Of a stretch of 64,000 nt of DNA, positions 58,954-64,000 are shown piece by piece (the stretch's first letter is position 1; each line of letters opens with the position of its first letter). A model generated the notes under the pieces. That model worked only from the letters and a program-made list of their open reading frames with translations, was not told the origin of the DNA and searched no databases. Both the position numbers and the translations under genes were made by a program. The DNA lies in the IMG/VR virus record IMGVR_UViG_3300043570_001980, positions 186,001-250,000 of that record, one strand, 5' to 3'.

Positions 58954-60332
58954 AGCACCAGACTCCAGGTGCCTCCTGGGTATATACCCTCATAGCTTTT
59001 TACCCATTCACTGCCAGTCCATCGATATTGCAACCCTGTGGTCAAATTTGTACAAAATTGCAAGTTATCAGTGCTGTCAACAGCTCTAAATACAACGTCC
59101 CATGCGCCATCAATATATTGAACAATATCATTGGCGTTGGCCACCAACGGACCCCAGGCCACGGCAGGGTGTATATTTCCAATAGCACCAACAGCATTTA
59201 ATAACAAGTATCTTGTGCCTGCAACGGCCGCTGGTAGACCCACTCCTGGACCACTGATCAACGGATCAATCACAGCATCAATTGGAGCCAACGTATTTTG
59301 TGGAACGGTGTCTATGTCTACATCAAACAGCATAAATCGCTCATCAGTGGGATCGTAAGTAACAGTACCAATAACTGTGCCTGAATCGTCCCATTGATCT
59401 TCAAGTCGAATCTGACTAATGCCTGGCCTTAATACACCATACATCCCAACCACTGCTGGCCACAGTTCATTGCTGGGAGGACTGTCGGGCAAGTTTGTGT
59501 TGGCATTTGATTGATCCACCGTGATTTTTTCTTTGAGAATCTGTATTTTATTACCAATTAACAACGTCTGGTAACCATATGGTGTAATCTGTTGTCTTGT
59601 ACCTAATAACAAATCGTTGTTGGTGATGGCATCGCTGGCATCACCTAAACTGTTAAACACAGAATATATAATTTTTTCAACCACACCCAACTTCTTAACT
59701 TTAGCAGGACTACTGATCCAAATTGGAATGCCAAATCGCATGGTCATAACGTCAATGGGATTTTCTGTGCCTTGAGGAATAACTCTACTGGTCCAGGTAA
59801 CAGATTCTAATTCAACCACGGTCAAACTGGTCCAATCAACAAAGTTGTCTGTGCCCTGTAGCTCTAATGCAGGATTAAACAATGTTGCTATTTGTTCAAA
59901 CAACTGCATTTTCTGATTGGTGTTTGAGGTCCAGATATCCAAACTAATAGTCATTTTGTAAGGAACTGGCATTAACCTTTCGATAGTAAATGCATTACCC
60001 TGTGTAGTTTCGTAGGTGTCTGTAGTGGTATCGTAGTAGCGTTGTCTAACTTGCATTTTATTAACGTGGTAAGGTTCCTGCAATCTTGGACGATCGTAGT
60101 CCATGCCAGTTATGTAAAATGTCATCAACGGAGTAGAAGGTAAACTGTTGGCAGAGTTTTCCTGCAGAATAGTCTGTGCCTGACGTGTTGCATCCCCGTA
60201 ACGGACTGGCACACGTATCAATGTTGCGTTTGCACTTTCATCTCTGCCGTATTCAATTGCAAAGTTAGAAAAAATTCTTGTAAACTGTAACAAAAATCTT
60301 CGTATCTGCTCATCATAAAAAAACTGTTGCAT
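58950..60332 (-). CDS. gp15: Tail sheath terminator/completion protein (gp15-like) with a C-terminal extension
   Basis: FFYDEQIRRFLLQFTRIFSN..VPVRYG..MPVPY..QLFEQI..FNP; follows the gp14-like gene. Confidence 0.7.
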   Translation of the reverse strand: MQQFFYDEQIRRFLLQFTRIFSNFAIEYGRDESANATLIRVPVRYGDATRQAQTILQENSANSLPSTPLMTFYITGMDYDRPRLQEPYHVNKMQVRQRYYDTTTDTYETTQGNAFTIERLMPVPYKMTISLDIWTSNTNQKMQLFEQIATLFNPALELQGTDNFVDWTSLTVVELESVTWTSRVIPQGTENPIDVMTMRFGIPIWISSPAKVKKLGVVEKIIYSVFNSLGDASDAITNNDLLLGTRQQITPYGYQTLLIGNKIQILKEKITVDQSNANTNLPDSPPSNELWPAVVGMYGVLRPGISQIRLEDQWDDSGTVIGTVTYDPTDERFMLFDVDIDTVPQNTLAPIDAVIDPLISGPGVGLPAAVAGTRYLLLNAVGAIGNIHPAVAWGPLVANANDIVQYIDGAWDVVFRAVDSTDNLQFCTNLTTGLQYRWTGSEWVKSYEGIYPGGTWSLVL

Positions 60333-60335
60333 GTA

Positions 60336-61661
60336 TTATCCGCCGTTATCTGCTCTGGGTTTAAGAATCTCACTAAGGCTTTGTCTGCTTGGAATTGCGC
60401 CTCGGTCATTGGTTTCAACTTCATTGGTGTTGTTTACAAAGCTTGATCGCAGGGTCTTATTCATTGGACCATTTGTGAGATCAGTTCTGACCTTGTCCTC
60501 AATCTTGAGCCAGGATTTGCCATTGAATCTAAACAATCTATTTGGAAAATAATCTAATCTTAGTGCATAATCGCCTTCGGCTGGATTAGCAGGAAACGAT
60601 ACCCCAGGGGTTACCGGTAAACCGTTTGGCGCAATACCATCTCCAGTGAGATAACCCATTGTGTAGCCATCTCCTGTGGGTGTCTGTGACGCATCTGATG
60701 AGTTTGGTTCCAGTCCATCAACAGTATTAAGTGTACCGTCAGCAGTTACTCCGCTTGGGTCAGCCGGTGTTCCATCAGGATTGGTTGGATAGATATAAAA
60801 CTTAACAGTATCATAACCACTGAGCGGTACTTCAATTTCGGCCTGTGCAAGAATAGCATCATTGAGCGCAAGATCTTTTGGTCTTGTGCTCATTACATCG
60901 CTGGTGGTTGGTGGATCAACTTCTAGCCAGTATGCAGTATTGGTGATGTCCGTGTCCACTGGAACATTTGCAATAGCTCGATAATATGTGTCGCCGTTGT
61001 TGACAATAGTACCAGTTGGATAAAAATTTCCTGGATCCCAAATGTTTTCTGTCACAAAAGGCTTGTTGACAATCTCTTGGTATTCTTGTGCATTGACCAT
61101 AGGTGTGGCTTTGACACGCCACAGGTGTGGCAACCAAGTTTGACTAAAACCTTCACTGGCAAAAGCTGAATCCTGAATCACATAATACTTGGGCAATGCA
61201 CGTGGAATTGTATCGTTTAATGGATTGTAGTCTTTTAAATTTGGCACTTCCAACACATCACCACTCATGAGCTTTCTTCCAATGGTATCAAGCATATCGT
61301 TGTAGTGGAATGTAAGAAACAAAGTATCATTGTTAAGGAATAGACCAAATTGCGTTAAATCAAAATCGATGTCCTGTGTTCGGTAAACGCCACGTAATCG
61401 GTAAATGTCTGGATCATACGCACGATCTCTATTTTCTAACAATAACAAATCCTGAATAAACAACGGATTTTCAAAGGTGTAATTTGGTTGTGTGGCATCA
61501 AAATTTCCACTTTCAGTTGAATCTCCTGTGCCCGTTTTGGGACCAAGATACTTGTGTATGAATATATCAAGTCCACCAACGGTGTACATTTCCGCAATAG
61601 TGCGGTCCAGAAACTGGTAGTCACTGGTTCTATTAGGGCGATAAAGGCTTAAACGTGGCAT
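60336..61661 (-). CDS. gp14: Neck/head-closure protein (gp14-like)
   Basis: DLLLLENRDRAYD..LTQFGL..GDVLE.P; late motif 7 nt upstream; adjacent to the gp15-like gene. Confidence 0.6.
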   Translation of the reverse strand: MPRLSLYRPNRTSDYQFLDRTIAEMYTVGGLDIFIHKYLGPKTGTGDSTESGNFDATQPNYTFENPLFIQDLLLLENRDRAYDPDIYRLRGVYRTQDIDFDLTQFGLFLNNDTLFLTFHYNDMLDTIGRKLMSGDVLEVPNLKDYNPLNDTIPRALPKYYVIQDSAFASEGFSQTWLPHLWRVKATPMVNAQEYQEIVNKPFVTENIWDPGNFYPTGTIVNNGDTYYRAIANVPVDTDITNTAYWLEVDPPTTSDVMSTRPKDLALNDAILAQAEIEVPLSGYDTVKFYIYPTNPDGTPADPSGVTADGTLNTVDGLEPNSSDASQTPTGDGYTMGYLTGDGIAPNGLPVTPGVSFPANPAEGDYALRLDYFPNRLFRFNGKSWLKIEDKVRTDLTNGPMNKTLRSSFVNNTNEVETNDRGAIPSRQSLSEILKPRADNGG

Positions 61662-61731
61662 AGTGTACTATTTATGGGTGGCATTGTAGTTTAGTTTAAA
61701 GCTAGTGTGTTCTAAAAACAACACTTGACAG

Positions 61732-61760
61732 TTGACAAATAATTCAATTGCTGTTATAAT
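61732..61760 (+). promoter_or_regulatory. Consensus sigma70 early promoter
   Basis: TTGACA-17 nt-TATAAT with TG extension. Confidence 0.85.
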
Positions 61761-61786
61761 TACAACTTAACCAAAAGGAGTATATA

Positions 61787-61930
61787 ATGGAATGTACACA
61801 TTGCAGAAAATGGCATTTTAAAGGAATTGAATCCTGCGACACCGCACCCAAACGGCCCACACCTCCTAAAACAACAACTCCGTTGTCAACTCCGTTGTCA
61901 ACTCCGTTGTCAACTCCGTTGACCGAATAA
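61787..61930 (+). CDS. Small early protein (47 aa) with a CxxC..H..C motif and (STPL)n tail; absent from the ORF track
   Basis: AAGGAG at 61775-61780 and ATG 61787: MECTHCRKWHFKGIESCDTAPKRPTPPKTTTPLSTPLSTPLSTPLTE*. Confidence 0.6.
   Translation: MECTHCRKWHFKGIESCDTAPKRPTPPKTTTPLSTPLSTPLSTPLTE
61875..61921. repeat. 12 bp tandem repeat CAACTCCGTTGT x~4
   Basis: Three full copies plus an 11 bp copy; each unit contains the CAAC-N3-GTTG palindrome. Confidence 0.95.
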
Positions 61931-61947
61931 TCTGAGTCTGCTATAAT
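61919..61947 (+). promoter_or_regulatory. Second sigma70 early promoter
   Basis: TTGACC-17 nt-TATAAT with TG extension. Confidence 0.8.
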
Positions 61948-61974
61948 ATACACTTGTACAACAAAGGAGTGTAT

Positions 61975-62262
61975 ATGCAAGCCGCAAACTTTTTAACAAA
62001 GTACACAGGCCCAAAAGGCAAGGGTTTTATACAACCCTATGACAAAATAAAAGCCACAGAAAAATGGGTGGAGTATGCGCTAGACATTGTGGACATGAGC
62101 CGTATAATAATGTCAGTGGACTTCAACACCAAATGGCGCCTGGCAGAGGCCCTGGAAGTAGCTGAACGCAAAAAGGCTTATATGTACCGGCACAAAAATT
62201 TTGACGTTACTCGTGCCGCAAGACTTTTTGATGCAGTAAAAGATTTACCCAAAACTAAGTAA
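61975..62262 (+). CDS. Hypothetical early protein
   Basis: AAGGAG at 61964-61969 supports ATG 61975 (MQAANFLTKY..), 95 aa. Confidence 0.7.
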   Translation: MQAANFLTKYTGPKGKGFIQPYDKIKATEKWVEYALDIVDMSRIIMSVDFNTKWRLAEALEVAERKKAYMYRHKNFDVTRAARLFDAVKDLPKTK

Positions 62263-62270
62263 GGACTAAC

Positions 62271-63416
62271 ATGATTGCCCAAACTAAAATTAAACCACCC
62301 AAGCCATTGAACCCACGTAGTGCAGATACCAATCACATGGGCCAGGAACCTGCTTGGACACATCAGCCCACAGACTATCGCATCAGTGCATTAAGCAAAG
62401 CATTTGGTTGGTACAATTACTTTTACGGCAAAAAAGACGCCAAGGACATGATTGCATCCTATTTGGATCGGCGTGAACGTATCCGAGATGCCAAACAGAT
62501 TCGCAGTCTTGGCGACAGCCAAATTCGTCTGACCACAGGATGGCTCTGTCGCATGAGTGATATGGGGCTTGAGTTAACTGAACAAGAGCAGATCAAGCTG
62601 GATAATATGATTCTCGAACTGTTAGAGATCAAAGAAGAAAAGAAAGAAGAAGTAATGGCCGAGGATGCGTCAGTGGCCAGAATAACCATTCAGGACCGGT
62701 TGCGTGAAAAAGTATCCGAGTGCGCTGGTGAAATCGAAGGCCTGTTTGATGACTTTGTTACCGAGGGTGCCAAAATGTCAGCCAATATCAAACCGATTGC
62801 CACAATACGTGGCATGAATGTGGCACCACAAATGATCAGCACCATTTCTGACATTTGGAAAAAACGACTAGAAGAATTTGAAGAAGTTGCCAAAGGCAAA
62901 GACTCACAATTGGTTGAAGCGTACAGTTGCTATAGCAAAATTGACATTCGTAATATGATCAAGTTCTGTGAAACAGTGATCAACGACTGTGGCGCCTATG
63001 TGCAGATTAAAAAGGTCGAGCGCAAGCCGCGCAAGTCCAAACCCATTGATCCTGCCAAACTCACAGCCAAATTCAAGTATCTCAAAGAGTTTGCAGAACT
63101 CAAACTCAAGTCAGTGCCTGTTACAGGCTTGGTGGGTGCTACAGAAGCCTGGTTGTACGACACCAAAAAACGCAAGTTGATCCATGTCACAGCAGACAGT
63201 CACATTGGCTCGCTTACTGTAAAAAGCAGTTCTATCATTGGGTTTGACGCCGCTACCAGTGTGCAAAAAACCCTGCGTAAGCCTGCAGAACAGATCAAAG
63301 CGTTGCTGTCAGTAGGAGCACCACAAGCTCGTAAGGTATTCAAGGACATCAAGGCCACAGATACCAAGTTTAACGGACGTGGCAATGAGAATTTGATACT
63401 GTTGAAGGTGCGCTAA
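62271..63416 (+). CDS. Conserved-looking phage hypothetical protein
   Basis: 381 aa with SD AAGGA; basic C-terminal domain (GATEAWLYDTKKRKL..SVQKTLRKP). Confidence 0.75.
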   Translation: MIAQTKIKPPKPLNPRSADTNHMGQEPAWTHQPTDYRISALSKAFGWYNYFYGKKDAKDMIASYLDRRERIRDAKQIRSLGDSQIRLTTGWLCRMSDMGLELTEQEQIKLDNMILELLEIKEEKKEEVMAEDASVARITIQDRLREKVSECAGEIEGLFDDFVTEGAKMSANIKPIATIRGMNVAPQMISTISDIWKKRLEEFEEVAKGKDSQLVEAYSCYSKIDIRNMIKFCETVINDCGAYVQIKKVERKPRKSKPIDPAKLTAKFKYLKEFAELKLKSVPVTGLVGATEAWLYDTKKRKLIHVTADSHIGSLTVKSSSIIGFDAATSVQKTLRKPAEQIKALLSVGAPQARKVFKDIKATDTKFNGRGNENLILLKVR

Positions 63417-63437
63417 ATATAGGGCAAGGAGCCCTAC

Positions 63438-64000
63438 ATGGCAGATCAAACACTAGACCCGCTGAAGAAACAACTGATAGAATATGTGCAGTTACAACTA
63501 GCCAGTCAAATAATTGACATTGAGCTAGACCCGGCACACTTTGAAGCCGCTTATCAAAAAACCATAGGCACCTATCGCCAACGTGCGCAAAATGCCTATG
63601 AAGAAAGCTACAGCTTTATGGAATTGCTTAACGATGTAAATGAATACACGTTGCCACAAGAAGTCACACAGGTTCGACAAATTTTTAGACGCACAATTGG
63701 CCTCAGCACCGGAGGTGGTGGCACAAGCTTTGACCCGTTTGGCGCCGCAACTTTAAACACTTATCTATTGAATTTTAATCAGCAACAAGGCGGCCTTGCA
63801 ACCTACGATTTTTATCAACAGTATGTTGAACTGGCCGCTCGTATGTTTGGTGGATATATCAACTTTACCTGGAATCCTGTTACAAAAAAACTACAACTAA
63901 TTCGTGACCCAAAAGGCACTGGCGAAGTGGTGTTGTTATGGACCTACAATCTCAAACCTGAAATTACTCTGTTAAGCGACTTTCAGATTAGTCAATGGAT
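63438..64000 (+). CDS. gp13: Neck protein (gp13-like), partial, runs off the right edge
   Basis: MADQTLDPLKKQLIEYVQLQLASQIIDIELDPAHFE..YTLPQEV..V..IFR..FTWNPVTKKL; TAAATA at 63414 and SD AAGGAG. Confidence 0.7.
   Translation, partial: MADQTLDPLKKQLIEYVQLQLASQIIDIELDPAHFEAAYQKTIGTYRQRAQNAYEESYSFMELLNDVNEYTLPQEVTQVRQIFRRTIGLSTGGGGTSFDPFGAATLNTYLLNFNQQQGGLATYDFYQQYVELAARMFGGYINFTWNPVTKKLQLIRDPKGTGEVVLLWTYNLKPEITLLSDFQISQW

Noticed and set aside
61875-61921. CRISPR array
   Set aside because: 12 bp head-to-tail repeats with no spacers and no cas genes.

Overview
A 64 kb piece of a large T4-like (myovirus-type, probably jumbo) bacteriophage genome in the standard genetic code, covering most of the virion morphogenesis region. 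Layout: a minus-strand baseplate operon starting with a giant (>2938 aa) ORF that runs off the left edge (1-19657); a plus-strand block with the late sigma factor (gp55-like) and the gp47/gp46 nuclease, interleaved with accessory enzymes (ANL-type adenylating enzyme, B12 radical SAM, GIY-YIG protein, sulfotransferase-like protein); a ~450 nt hairpin-dense non-coding region (28381-28836); a minus-strand operon in which gp26/gp51-like genes are translationally coupled to two amidinotransferases, an Arg-tRNA-transferase-like protein and two small unknowns; tape measure, portal, protease, scaffold and major capsid genes; a long cluster of Gly/Asn/Thr-rich fibre genes bracketed by two paralogous glycosyltransferase-like genes; Nudix, gp15/gp14/gp13-like neck genes and a small early-promoter region. 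A TAAATA late-promoter motif recurs before structural genes, often only 5-7 nt from the start codon. I saw no tRNA, rRNA, CRISPR array, integrase or reverse transcriptase. The best leads for new biology are the amidinotransferase/aminoacyl-transferase cassette with its shared KxxxWP..LP..I..EC mini-domain, the structured non-coding region, and the promoter/SD-hairpin switches. All family assignments come from motif recognition by eye, not database searches.
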